Source: Novakomyces olei (Eukaryota). Taken from it: a stretch of DNA of 64,000 nt. The position numbers were made by a program, and so were the translations under genes. The notes beneath the pieces are model-generated. The model did not search any database and was not told where the DNA came from. It saw only the letters and a list, made by a program, of their open reading frames with translations. Below, in pieces: positions 49,298 through 60,686 of the stretch (positions are counted from its first letter, which is position 1; every line of letters begins with the position of its first letter). Location of the stretch: the NCBI GenBank assembly GCA_016906335.1, contig JADEYG010000007.1:868001-932000 (forward strand), in the 5' to 3' direction.

Positions 49298-51436
49298 ATG
49301 GATCGAGACTCGCCGACGCTACCGCCGCAGCATGTCGAAGGCACCGACCCAATTACGGTTCCGCCATTGGACGCAGTTGATGCTATTGATCAAGTTGCGG
49401 TTGGATCGCCGATCGAGAGTGAATGGAGCAAGGACGGGGCCAGTAGCAAAGTCGTGCGGTCGCCTGTAATTGCCACGTTCAGATTTTCGCTCAACCCAGG
49501 CTCTGGTGTGGGCGATGGCAATGAGGCGGCCGACGGGAAACGGCCAAGTAAAACCGACCGCAGTAAGACCGAGGCCGACAAGTCCGGACCGGACGACAAT
49601 AAAAATGACAGCAAAAAGGAGAACGAGTACAAGAAGGACGAAAGCAAAGTGCAGGACAAGAGGCTGGATAGTAAGAAAAGAGAGCAAGGCGGCCACAAGG
49701 TGAGCGAAAATGGACGTGTGACAAAAGACGATGGCAGCGCTGTTCTTGGTACTGCGCCCCCACCAGCAGCGAATGGGGGTTCTCAAACTAGACATGGCCC
49801 CCACTCTGGCCACCACTCTGGCCACCACCATACCCCCACTTCAACTGTAATTGGCAAAGTCGGGGACACTGCTCTTAAAGACAAGAGCAAAAAGCCCGCA
49901 GTCGTGGCTCAAAGCGAAAGCGAGTCAGGCACATCAGCCGCAGTAGCTGCGATTCGGCGGGGCCAAATTGCCCACCATTACCGTGAACCTGTCCCCAGCA
50001 CTTTACAAAGTGTCCTGCCGGCCAAGTACTCGCTGGCCAACAAGGAAGGCTCACAGGCCTTTGCTGAGCAAGTTCGGTCTTCCTGTAGTGCGGGCGAAAG
50101 GACTGAGCCTTATTCCGCCCCACCACTTACTTGGCTTCAATGTTTTACTCACAGTACTTTGCGTGAAAGGCCACGGTTACGCAGCCATACAGTTCTTGAA
50201 CGGGACGGGCTTATGATAGCCTTTGGTGGCCTCGTTGACGAGTCCCCCGTGGCAAACATGTGGGTCTACGATACAGACTGCCACGCCTTTTACCAAGTCG
50301 TCGCGCGATCACCTACAATGATAGATAGAAGTCGTTTCTCTCCGCTGGAGAAACTGACACGGCGTAAAGATTTGATACAGTATGCGCTCTTTCGGCAATT
50401 GGGCCGATTGTCAGCGGAGGAAAAGCAGCAGCAGGAGATGGAGGAGGAAACTGATTCAGTACCGTCCCCCCCACATGGGCCCCCACATGGGCCCCCACAT
50501 GGGCCCCCACATGGGATACAGCATGCACCCCCACCAGGTGGGGGTCTACGAGGAGAGAAGCCCAGCCGGGCGTCCCACGCTTCAAGCGAGCTGGACCAGG
50601 TCCCCACCCCACTTCGCTCACACACCCTAACACCCATAAACTCAAGGTTCGCTGTTCTCTTTGGTGGGGGCCATGGTTCAATGTACTATAGGCACCTGTA
50701 TGTATTGGATTACGAGGTGTATGCGTGGACGCAGGTCCGATCAAAGGGCACAGACTGGCCCTGTGCGCGCAGGGCCCACACTGCCGTATATTACGACAAT
50801 AGCGTCTGGGTCTTTGGTGGGGGTAACGGATCAAACGCGTTGAATGATCTATGGAGGCTGCGCATAACCCCCGGCCTGGTGGACGGAGATATCACGGATG
50901 TTGGCCAGGCAGAGTTTGTTTGGCAACAGGTTACAGCCCAGGGCTCAGTGCCCCAGCCACGTGGCTATCATACTGCTAACATTGTAGGGAAAACAATGGT
51001 TATCTATGGAGGCAGTGATGGAGTAACTTGCTTTGGAGAACTGCACTTGCTGGACATGGAGCGGATGGTCTGGCGCTCTGCAGACTTGCAGCCAAGGATC
51101 CCGAGATTCGCTCATACTGCCACTGTCTTTGGATGCCTGCTCGTTGTAATTGGCGGCATTTCTACTGAGCGGTACGAGCAATCAGTACACATTATTGATA
51201 TGAGACAGTTGAAATGGCTGAAGCCCTCTGCACTGAATGAATGGACAATATCTCCGGGTCCGAGAGCATATCACAGCGCTGTCCGATCGGGTTCACGTAT
51301 CGTTATTTGGGGCGGCGGCGAAGCCGCTCACAGCAGCGTTTCCTACGATGATATATGGACGCTGGAGATGGGAGCACTTTCGTACTTTGCTCATCTGACC
51401 GACTTCAAGGTGCCCGCTGTTGAACTGAGAGCTTAA
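49298..51436 (+). CDS. Kelch-repeat beta-propeller protein
   Basis: Repeated R..HT.......FGG/YGG.......D.W motifs (about 6 blades). Disordered N-terminus and an (HGPP)n insert. Confidence 0.9.
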   Translation: MDRDSPTLPPQHVEGTDPITVPPLDAVDAIDQVAVGSPIESEWSKDGASSKVVRSPVIATFRFSLNPGSGVGDGNEAADGKRPSKTDRSKTEADKSGPDDNKNDSKKENEYKKDESKVQDKRLDSKKREQGGHKVSENGRVTKDDGSAVLGTAPPPAANGGSQTRHGPHSGHHSGHHHTPTSTVIGKVGDTALKDKSKKPAVVAQSESESGTSAAVAAIRRGQIAHHYREPVPSTLQSVLPAKYSLANKEGSQAFAEQVRSSCSAGERTEPYSAPPLTWLQCFTHSTLRERPRLRSHTVLERDGLMIAFGGLVDESPVANMWVYDTDCHAFYQVVARSPTMIDRSRFSPLEKLTRRKDLIQYALFRQLGRLSAEEKQQQEMEEETDSVPSPPHGPPHGPPHGPPHGIQHAPPPGGGLRGEKPSRASHASSELDQVPTPLRSHTLTPINSRFAVLFGGGHGSMYYRHLYVLDYEVYAWTQVRSKGTDWPCARRAHTAVYYDNSVWVFGGGNGSNALNDLWRLRITPGLVDGDITDVGQAEFVWQQVTAQGSVPQPRGYHTANIVGKTMVIYGGSDGVTCFGELHLLDMERMVWRSADLQPRIPRFAHTATVFGCLLVVIGGISTERYEQSVHIIDMRQLKWLKPSALNEWTISPGPRAYHSAVRSGSRIVIWGGGEAAHSSVSYDDIWTLEMGALSYFAHLTDFKVPAVELRA

Positions 51437-51700
51437 TGCTATATATATACACACACATTTATTGACTGGTTTGATTTATTTTAATTATGAGTTTATTAGT
51501 ATTTGTCTGGCTACGTGCTTTTTTTTTTTACAATTTTTAAAAAGTTTAAAGGCGATTAATAACTGGTTTTAATAATACTATTGTGTTTAGCGTGAATGGC
51601 GACGCCCAGGACTGTAGGCTTTGTGTAATCCTCTGCCAATAAAAATTAATTTGTGATAGCGTAGACTGAAACAACTAAAGTATGTATGTACACGATAACA

Positions 51701-52215
51701 TCAAACTTTGAGGCGCAGAATAACAATCAGGATCGTGATTTGCAGCGCGATCGATAAAACGGCAACCATCAAAACAAGATCACCCGAAGTTCGGTAGCGG
51801 GAAAAAACTTGCTGCAACAAGCCTTCGGTATCTGACGCGCTGGCTTCAGCAATACGATGGTGGTGGGTGCGATAACGTGCAGCTTTTCGCTGCCGCAAGG
51901 AGGCATCGACCAAAAGCAAACAACCAAACGCGACTTGCGCGATGCCGATCGGATAGAATTCAGGTGCAAATAATCGCAAAATCAAGCATGCAAAGGCGAG
52001 CTGGCTGAGACTTGTACGCACGTACGCAGCCTCAAAGGTCCGCTGCGAAGCTAAAAGGTTAGATGACCGCAGAGGGGTATAGCGTACCACTGAACGTTAG
52101 TCTCTTTATGTATTTGACTGTGGTTTTTCACATACGCAATGTCTTGAAGCTCATTCACTTTCCACGGCCGTCCTGATGGGGCAAGCACGGATGCGCGCGA
52201 GTCACGTCGCTGCAT
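51701..52215 (-). CDS. DUF202/YidH-like small membrane protein (3 exons including a 2-nt micro-exon)
   Basis: Exons 52136-52215, 52088-52089 and 51701-52050 give ...ELQDIAASQRTFEAAYVRTSLSQ..F...IL.LF..EFYPIG...RTSG. Three hydrophobic helices. Confidence 0.8.
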
Positions 52216-52262
52216 TGCTCATTGCCGTCCAACGAGTATGTCACTGACTGATACTACAAACG

Positions 52263-52506
<244 letters not shown>

Positions 52507-52658
52507 TTTAGAGTATAAACTCGTTTTTTATCAATTATCGTCATTGCAACTGGAAAATAAATTGATTCTAATAACTCTGATACTTTGAGAGGAATGGCTA
52601 TGCTCAATCACATGTACTAGACGCTACTTTGCAGCTCTCTACGCTGCCCACAAGCATG

Positions 52659-53347
52659 CTAGAGATCACAACTTCCATCCCGCCATCCGTCCTTCCACCT
52701 CTCACGCCAGCGATCACAGTTAAACTGCTTTTTTCCAAGTTTCACGTTCACTATAAGCAGTTAGAGTTAGACCAAGAGACCAAACCCAATGCAAGAGCCA
52801 TACCTTCGTTGTGCGCATGACAAAGCCAGCGCGATAAGCCTTCGCCGTTCATTGTATCCGGTGGATTCAGCTGCAAGTACGTCCGGAAATCTTGTGCACA
52901 TGTAGAACACGGATAAAACTTTGACAAGGCCGTTATGAATGTGTTCATGAGTGCCTGCTCGTTTTGCGTTGGACTGTCAGGGTAATAAGCTGCCATAGAG
53001 TGCAGCATAGTCCAAGATGAGCGGCCCAGCTCCTCCGAGTCTGGAGGGCATCCGTACTTTTGCCCAAGGCTCCTTTGCCGCCGCATTTCGTCCTGCCCGA
53101 GTGCTTGCTTGTCCCTAAAAGATGAATCTGTGTCCCTTTTAGACTCCGTCATCGAAGAAGGTTTCATGGCCCGCTGCATCGCCAAAAGAGAGTTGCATGC
53201 TCGGCACGGTTTGCCATTTTCGTCGAGCACTAAACCGGTGACGGGATCGATTCGTCGGCTTTTTTTCGTAGACGGTTCGCTCACTCCAGCAGGTGGTGCT
53301 GCCGCAGCAGCTGCAGCAGTATTTTCACTGTCTTTTGTTTGCACCAT
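52659..53347 (-). CDS. ERV1: Mitochondrial FAD-linked sulfhydryl oxidase, 2 exons
   Basis: [27 protein letters not shown] and WLC.AHNE|VN.KLGK..F.C....ERW.DGW. Confidence 0.95.
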
Positions 53348-53502
53348 CCGTTCTTCAAACAAAACGTACATGACACAACCCAAAAGGCATAGTGAATCGA
53401 CAAAATAATGCCTCGATTAACAATCACGGTTCAAAGGCGTAGAGCAAAGCCGCGTCTCTGAACAAGAGCCCGTTGATATGTGCCCATTTGTATTATAAAT
53501 AA

Positions 53503-53725
<223 letters not shown>

Positions 53726-53779
53726 CAAAAATGACAATTATTGCATACGTAACTATACCCATCCATCATCGAGGACACC

Positions 53780-54652
53780 ATGACAGGTCTTTCGGGGGAG
53801 GTAAGCGGTGGCTTTAACAATGAATACTCATCGCCTTAGACAAAGAAACTATGCAACCAACTTGAGCAGAAATATCAAACAGGGCGGTATGAAGAATGCT
53901 TGCAAATTCTGCCTCAAGTAAAACGGCACTTGATCTCTGACGGCCTCTTTTACCCTAGCGAATCCCTGCCACGCGACGATTGCATCAGTGCCCGGAGTGC
54001 CTTTGAAGTTGGTTCATTGGCGAGTATCCGGCTGGGAAACACAGAGAGCTTCAGCCGCTTTGCTCATCAGCTCGAGCCATTTTATGCAGCAAAGTACCTC
54101 CCGCACTCTTCAGTCTGGTCAACAGTAGTTGGCTTGAGTTTCCTTGATCTCTTAGCGGACAGTCGGATCGCTGAGTTCCATTCGCGCCTGGAGGCCTTAC
54201 AAGATCAAGGGCTTAACAGTGAGGAAATCTCATGGGTAATACGACTAGAGACGGCTATCATGGAGGGAGCCTTTGACCGTGTAAGCCGAATGATCCGGGA
54301 TTGCCCCAACAAAGACTATGCGATTTACATGGATGTTGTTGCCAGCATGGTGCGCAGTGAGATTGCCAGCTGCACTGAACGTGCGTACGAGAGTCTCTCG
54401 GTTGATTCGTGTGCCAGCTTACTGCTTCTACCTGATCCAGCGGCCGTAACTGCTTTTGCCGGGGATCGGGGCTGGATCGTGCTGGACGGGAACGTGTATT
54501 TTCGCCCTCATGATCGCGATGCTGCAGCAGTCGATGCTGATATGGTTGATGATACTACTCTTTCGCCTACTGTGCGGCTACAGGCGGCGGCCGATCGGGA
54601 TATAATTGCACACGTACTCGAGTGCGCTAGCGAGTTGGAACAGATTGTTTAG
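53780..54652 (+). CDS. RPN12: 26S proteasome lid subunit Rpn12, 2 exons
   Basis: AR..FEVG...SI, QL.PFY, GL..L.LL...RIAEFH..LE, LE..IMEG, R.EIA.C.E.AY and C-terminal A.ELEQIV. Intron at 53801-53838. Confidence 0.92.
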
Positions 54653-54952
54653 GCAATATACATCAATCGCATTTGTACATTTTCCATAATCAAAGGAGTG
54701 AGAGTATGGCAGCGTAGAATAGAAGGTCGCAGTAGTAGGCAGAATGTGCGATTGAGGACACGGTTTCCATTTTCCGGTTTCCAAGGGTACTTTGGGCCTC
54801 GTCGTAATGTACGAAACTGATACAGAACACAGTCAATGCTTTATGGAATAGTTGTTGAATTCATTATGAACCATAGGCGGATCTCTGCGTGTAAATTCAC
54901 ATTGTGAAGCACTGTAACGCCAATACGATTACGCGTCGATATGTTGAACGTT

Positions 54953-55260
54953 GTACTTTGTATTGTATGTACTCTGAAATCTGTATAATCTGTATAAATT
55001 TTGTATAAACTTTGAACTTGTGTGTAATGTGTATGTTGTACTTTGTGTACTTTATATATACTTTGTCTACTTTATATGTGGTTTGTCTGGACTTTATTTG
55101 TGCTGTGCTTTGCCTGAGCTTTATATGTACGTTGAACTCTGTATAATTTGTATTTGTATGTGCTTTTTCTACTTTGTATGTACTTTGTATGTACTTTGTG
55201 TACGCTTTACGTACTTTGTATACGTTTTACGTACTTTGTATACTTTGCGCGTACTTTGTT
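54953..55260. repeat. Degenerate GTACTTTGT-rich low-complexity repeat upstream of the cyclin gene
   Basis: Many imperfect TGTACTTT units. Confidence 0.7.
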
Positions 55261-55544
55261 TGCAAAGATGGCACAAGGTTGCGAGTACAGAGTGTTACTT
55301 GCTCGCTCTTGGCTGAGCACGCTGCTCGTAATGGATGGCCTCATTATATAATATAATATAATACATGTGCGTCTAATACATAGTGCCTACAAAGTCCACA
55401 CTAATATCCAAAAAATATCCAGTTCAGTGCTCACAACGCAGCAACAATTTTCGTGCCTTTTTATGCAGAGCGTAGGAAGGCTGTACAGTAGTGTTGGCGC
55501 TTTCTGCATAATTCTGAAAGGCAGCGCGTGTCTCATGAGGGCAG

Positions 55545-56462
55545 ATGAGTGAGGCGTCAGTGTCGGCGGCCAATACTCCGGCAGTGCTGCCGACCACACC
55601 ACGGAAGCGATCATACAATACCCATTTCGAGCCTTCTCCTCCGCCCGCGCGTCGAGCGTCTGGCGGCAGCAAAACCGGAGACCCGCTGCGTATCGGACGT
55701 GGCAATGAGGAGGCTCAGTGTAGTGTGACGAGCGACGATTCTGGGTCGCTTTCCGATGCCGCAACGGACGGTAAAGCCGACAACGATGAGGATAGTCTGT
55801 CGGCCAAGCAGAGTACTGTGCATAGACCGCTGAACCCGGGATCGGGATCGGGATCGGGATCGGGATCAGTATCGGGTTCGGGTTCGGGTTCGGGATTGGA
55901 AAGAGACGCAAAGACCGGCAAAGACGCGGTTCCAAAGGATCGGCTCGCTGTAATACCCAAAAGCTTTTTTGAGTGTGATATGCCGACGCTTGTGGAGTTG
56001 TGCAGTGCCATGTTTCAGCAGCTGACTGCTCACAACGACAAACTGCCTTTGACTGCTCAAACCTTGACGCGGTTCCATTCAAGAGCTCCGCCTGCTATCT
56101 CTATCTATGATTACTTTACGAGAATTGTACGGTACACGTCCACAGAGAAATGCTGCCTTTTGGCTGCAGTAATTTACGTGGACCGATTGTCCTCGTGCTA
56201 CCCTGCTTTTTCTGTCTCGTCCCTCACGATTCACAGGTACCTTATTTCCGCCATTACTGTTGCCTCCAAGGGCCTGTGCGATTCGTTTTGTACAAATACA
56301 CATTATTCTCGAGTGGGAGGCGTGAAGGTTCAAGAATTGTTTTTGCTAGAGACAGAGCTGCTCGTGCGCCTGGCCTGGAATATAGTGCCCACCGCGCAAG
56401 AACTGGACTCGTACTACCAGAGCCTCGTGCAGGGACACGGCGGGTTCAAGTTAGCCGACTAG
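55545..56462 (+). CDS. Pho80/PREG-family Pho85 cyclin
   Basis: LTRFHSRAPPAISI.DY..RI, IYVDRL, SSLTIHRYLI.A.TVASKGLCDSFCTN..Y.RVGGV and EL..LE.E.L. Confidence 0.92.
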   Translation: MSEASVSAANTPAVLPTTPRKRSYNTHFEPSPPPARRASGGSKTGDPLRIGRGNEEAQCSVTSDDSGSLSDAATDGKADNDEDSLSAKQSTVHRPLNPGSGSGSGSGSVSGSGSGSGLERDAKTGKDAVPKDRLAVIPKSFFECDMPTLVELCSAMFQQLTAHNDKLPLTAQTLTRFHSRAPPAISIYDYFTRIVRYTSTEKCCLLAAVIYVDRLSSCYPAFSVSSLTIHRYLISAITVASKGLCDSFCTNTHYSRVGGVKVQELFLLETELLVRLAWNIVPTAQELDSYYQSLVQGHGGFKLAD

Positions 56463-57345
56463 TTTGCCCCGCAGAGTACTATGAAACGAGCGCTGTCCAA
56501 TGTTTGTGGCACATTTTTGCCGTGATTGGCACGTGCAGTTGTTGAGTGTGTTTGGGTTAGAGCGCTCTAGTGCTCGATGGGCGGGTAAACCGTCGTTTGA
56601 GCTGCGACATTCTGTATTTATTTTGTGTTTGTTTAGCTTTTCATGCTGGTATTATACGCATTTTCATTTCTATATTAGAAGTCGATGTTCATTATCTCTA
56701 TGGGCTAGTGTTGGCACATTATCGTTGGAGAATCGTTTATGATCGTGTGTAATGATACCCACTCTCGACGCAGAAAGCGTGGATTGTAGTAATATAAAGC
56801 TTATCCCTCAACAGCCATTTGCTGATTTTCGAGCTGATTTTCGAGCTAATTTTCGAGCTAATTATTTCCCGCCGCTGTGTTTAGCGACGCAGACTGCGGA
56901 GCGAGTAGGGTCTTGCAAGGAAGCAGTAACGATTTACTGCGTTCGTTGCAAGCACGAAAGCCTTTATGAAGAGTGCAATCGTACACTTTAAACACTAATA
57001 TTTGTGGCTTTAAAATGTGGGCCAATGTCCTTGAGACAAAATGATTCAAATCGAATTGGATTTGTTAAATAATCAAAACAGGGGAGGGAATGAGCAGCCG
57101 TAGCGAAGCAATTACAACGGCCGGTGTGAAACCCAAGTAGACTGGGAACAGAGCCGTTTGACAGAACGAATGGCCAACCCGAACAGCAAATAGTGAGATG
57201 CTAAATTAGCAGATAATCAACGGAAAAATCTTGGAATAGTTTAATCAAATAATTAAACTTATTTCCGAGCAGCCGTCCGATGCCCATAAAAGCCACCATT
57301 GCTCCTACATTCCAGCATAAAAGTTCCCCATCGGCAGTGCTCACA

Positions 57346-60004
57346 ATGTCTATGCACATAGCAAAAGCAGCCTTGAGCCTTTTACTCCTTTCCCCGATAA
57401 TCAATGCCACCACCATTACCCGCGTTACAGAGAAGCCCGTAGCTTCCTTCCCCCCCGAGGCAACAAGGGCCAACTGTTCTATTACAATCACTCCGCTGGT
57501 AAAGCCAACGACTACACCAGAGCTCTCGTACATGACGCATTTGGAATACGAATCGAATTTTTTTGACAAAATGACAATGGTGACAACAATTTCAACACTG
57601 GTAATTGAGCCGGAACCGGAGCCAGCAGAGCAGTCGAGGCGTTTAAGCCAATTCGCAAAACACTTGGAAATAGAAGACGAGGTAAAATTGTTTGAAGGTA
57701 AAACCATCGAGACAAAAAATGTTAACGCTTCGTCTACGCATGACAGAAACACGTCAGAGCCAATCAAAGAGACCGAAGATTCATCGACAAAACAACTGCG
57801 TCCGTCTAAACAAGCGGCAGACGATATATTAGTCCCTATTTCCACAGAACACCCAGCAGCCATGTTTGAAACGGAGGGTCATGCATTCGGGCCCAGGTTC
57901 TTAAACTGGTCAAGGCCAGTTCAAACGAACAAGTTCTACACTAATCTACTGATGGGCGACAGAACCTGGCCCGCTTTCCTTATGCCTTATTACGTGTGGT
58001 GGATGAAGGGCAATCAAGATTTTGGGCTCTGTGTCAGCCACGCGGACGATTCACAAAAGGCTTTTCGAAATTCGTACTCGTACTATTCAGACCAGAGTTT
58101 CACGAATCCACATGCAGCCCAGAGTTTCACGAATCCAACGGCCGAATGCGACATTGGGCTTTCCGCTACGGAGTTTGACGAGTCTGCTCAACTTACAACT
58201 GCTCATCCACGTGAGTTCTCAATCACTGCTCGTCTACAGCACGGCGCATCCTCTATAACCGTCCCACTCGTACTTGGACAGGCTTTCATTACGGCAAAGT
58301 ATACCTCAGCAGTGCCCCTGCTGTTCACAAAAATCACGATCCTCAAACTGTCAAAACTGCCTTTTCCCGACGGCGGGCAAAAGTATAGGATAAAGCTCAA
58401 CACGGGCAAAACTTGGCTCGTACGCTTTCAGCAGCCGGAATAAGACCTCCAAGTCTGCTGCGCCACAAGTGCTATTTGATTTGGTCGGCAATAATAAGCT
58501 AAGGGCTAGAGCTCCCTTTGAGGGCTATTTGCAGATAGCCAAAGTACCGGAAGATACCACGATTAAATATGCAGAACGCGTTTACGATGCCCATGCAGGA
58601 ACGTTTGCCACAAAGGTAAAACTGACCGCGTCAGTCAAAGGCGATACGGGTGATTATACCTTTGTATACTCTAGGGTAAAGTTGCGTAATACAGTCCTGC
58701 TTCAGTGGGCCCTCCCTCACATTCAGAGCAGCATAGTAGAGGGCAAAGGCGGTGTGCGAAAGATTAGAGGAATGAAAATGGCGAGCCAAAGTAAGGGTTC
58801 GATGGCTCTTTATGCGGGTAATTCATGGACGATGCGTGAGCGCGATTTGCCCGTTGATTACGGCTTTCTCCCAAAAGGTGCTCAGTATTCGGAGCGAGAG
58901 CTCGAAGCCATTAGCAAGGCAGCTCGGGCAGAGTTGAGGCAGAATATTGAGAGTCAAATGGACCACGGAAGCACCTATTTCTCGGGGAAAACCCTGGCCA
59001 AATTTGCAATGCTCTGCCTGGTCATTAAGGACGTACTCTCCGACCCTAGGATGTTGGCACAATGTAGTCATAAACTGCAAGACGCGATTCGCCCCTTTAT
59101 GATGAACCAGGGAATCCCACTAGTGTACGATGACCGCTGGAAGGGAATAATAAGCGGCGAATGGATTCCGTCTCCCTTGATAGACACGAGCATTGGGTAT
59201 TATGGCGCCCACTATGCTCACTTCGGGTACTACATACTCTCCGCTGCCATCCTGGGTCACATCGACCGAAATTGGCTGACGACAAAGGGGTATGTGACAC
59301 GCATAAACCACCTTGTACGGGACATTGCCAATCCTTCGCCCGACGATCGGTACTATCCGCTGTTCCGGAGCTTTTGTTTCTTCCACGGCCATTCCTGGTC
59401 GCACGGAATATTACAGTCTATCAATGGCAAAGACGCGCCAAGTGCGTCAGAAGATTACATGTTCCAATACGCCATGAAAATGTGGGGTAAAGTGACGGGC
59501 GACTCGGCAATGGAAGCGAGGGGCAACTTGATGCTCGGAATAATGCGGAGATCGGTGCGCAACTACTTCAATCTCGGGCCGAGTAACGAGAATTTTCCGA
59601 TAGCTTTCCGGTTCAATTACGTGCCGGGCGTGCTGTTTGAAAACAAGGCACAATTTGGTACACCCTTTTCCCCGCCGCAAGAGATAGAGGCGGCTATCGG
59701 TATGCACGTAATGCCGGCCTTGGCCATTACGCCGTATATACGGCCGGCCGCCTTTATACAAGAGCAATGGGACGCTCTATTGGCCTCAAGGATTGATAGT
59801 ATCCCACACGAGTGGCGCAGCATACTGTATGCCGACTACGCGGTGGCCAACAAGTCTGCTGCTTTTAATTATTTCGAAAAACTTAATGCCTCATCGGAGA
59901 CGGTAGTGAGGTCTTTGGATAGCGGCGCGTCGCTTACATGGTACCTCGCTTTTACCGCCGGACTAGACTACCGCCGGACTAGACTAGCAAGCGACTGGTA
60001 TTGA
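57346..60004 (+). pseudogene. Secreted GH81 endo-1,3-beta-glucanase homologue, catalytic residues substituted, frameshift at ~58420
   Basis: Signal peptide, P.QTNKFY.NL, PLV.G..FITA.Y, YFSGK.LAKFA and FRSF..F.GHSW..G. Frame change at TGG CTC G TAC GCT. YNDHH is replaced by YGAHY and DQESSSE by DAPSASE. An alternative ATG lies at 57280. Confidence 0.8.
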
Positions 60005-60407
60005 AGGCCTCAAAGTCGGTCAGTTAATTAATCAATCAATCATTCAATCAATCATTCAATCATTCATTCATTGTTTAGTCTTTGGATCTGCTGGTAGCGG
60101 CAAGATCGTCGCCAGTCATGTCGTTTAAATACACGCAAACATAAGAATAGCTTTATATAGAAAATAGTACCATACATTTCACACGAGCTTTGCGCTCTTG
60201 ATGCCATAAAACTTCGGTGTTGCAAGTCAAAGCAGTGCAATCAGCAACGAGACGGTTGCCGGCCGACTCTAGAGGTATGTGTGTTGCTTAGTAGAAATGT
60301 ACAATAACCGCTATTATTTATTTAATCGCTATGATTCTGTATCACTAGTATGCACCAGCAAGTTTACTTGCAATTTTGCTGCATTTATACTTGAAATAAA
60401 AAAATTA

Positions 60408-60480
60408 TTGCAGCGCTAGGTTTCGATCCTAGGACATCCAGGTTATGAGCCTGGCGAGCTTCCAACTGTTCCACACTGCA
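60408..60480 (-). tRNA. tRNA-Met(CAT), initiator type
   Basis: TGCAGTG TG GAAC AGTTGGAA GCTC G CCAGG CTCATAA CCTGG ATGTC CTAGG ATCGAAA CCTAG CGCTGCA A. The T-loop ATCGAAA (A54/A60) is diagnostic of eukaryotic initiators. An oligo-T terminator follows. Confidence 0.93.
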
Positions 60481-60686
60481 GTTTCAGTCGACCATCGGGA
60501 TGGACGATCTGACGGTAAGCAAAGTATTTACTATATATAGCCTTACACATTGTTTGGATCAAGAATGTGTTTATCGTATTTGCTGCTTTTACAGACTAAA
60601 TATTTCGGCTTTTTTTGTACGCGTGCTACAGTCGTGAAATCTACAGATCTGACAACAAACAATGCCAATCAAATTAAACGTTAAAC

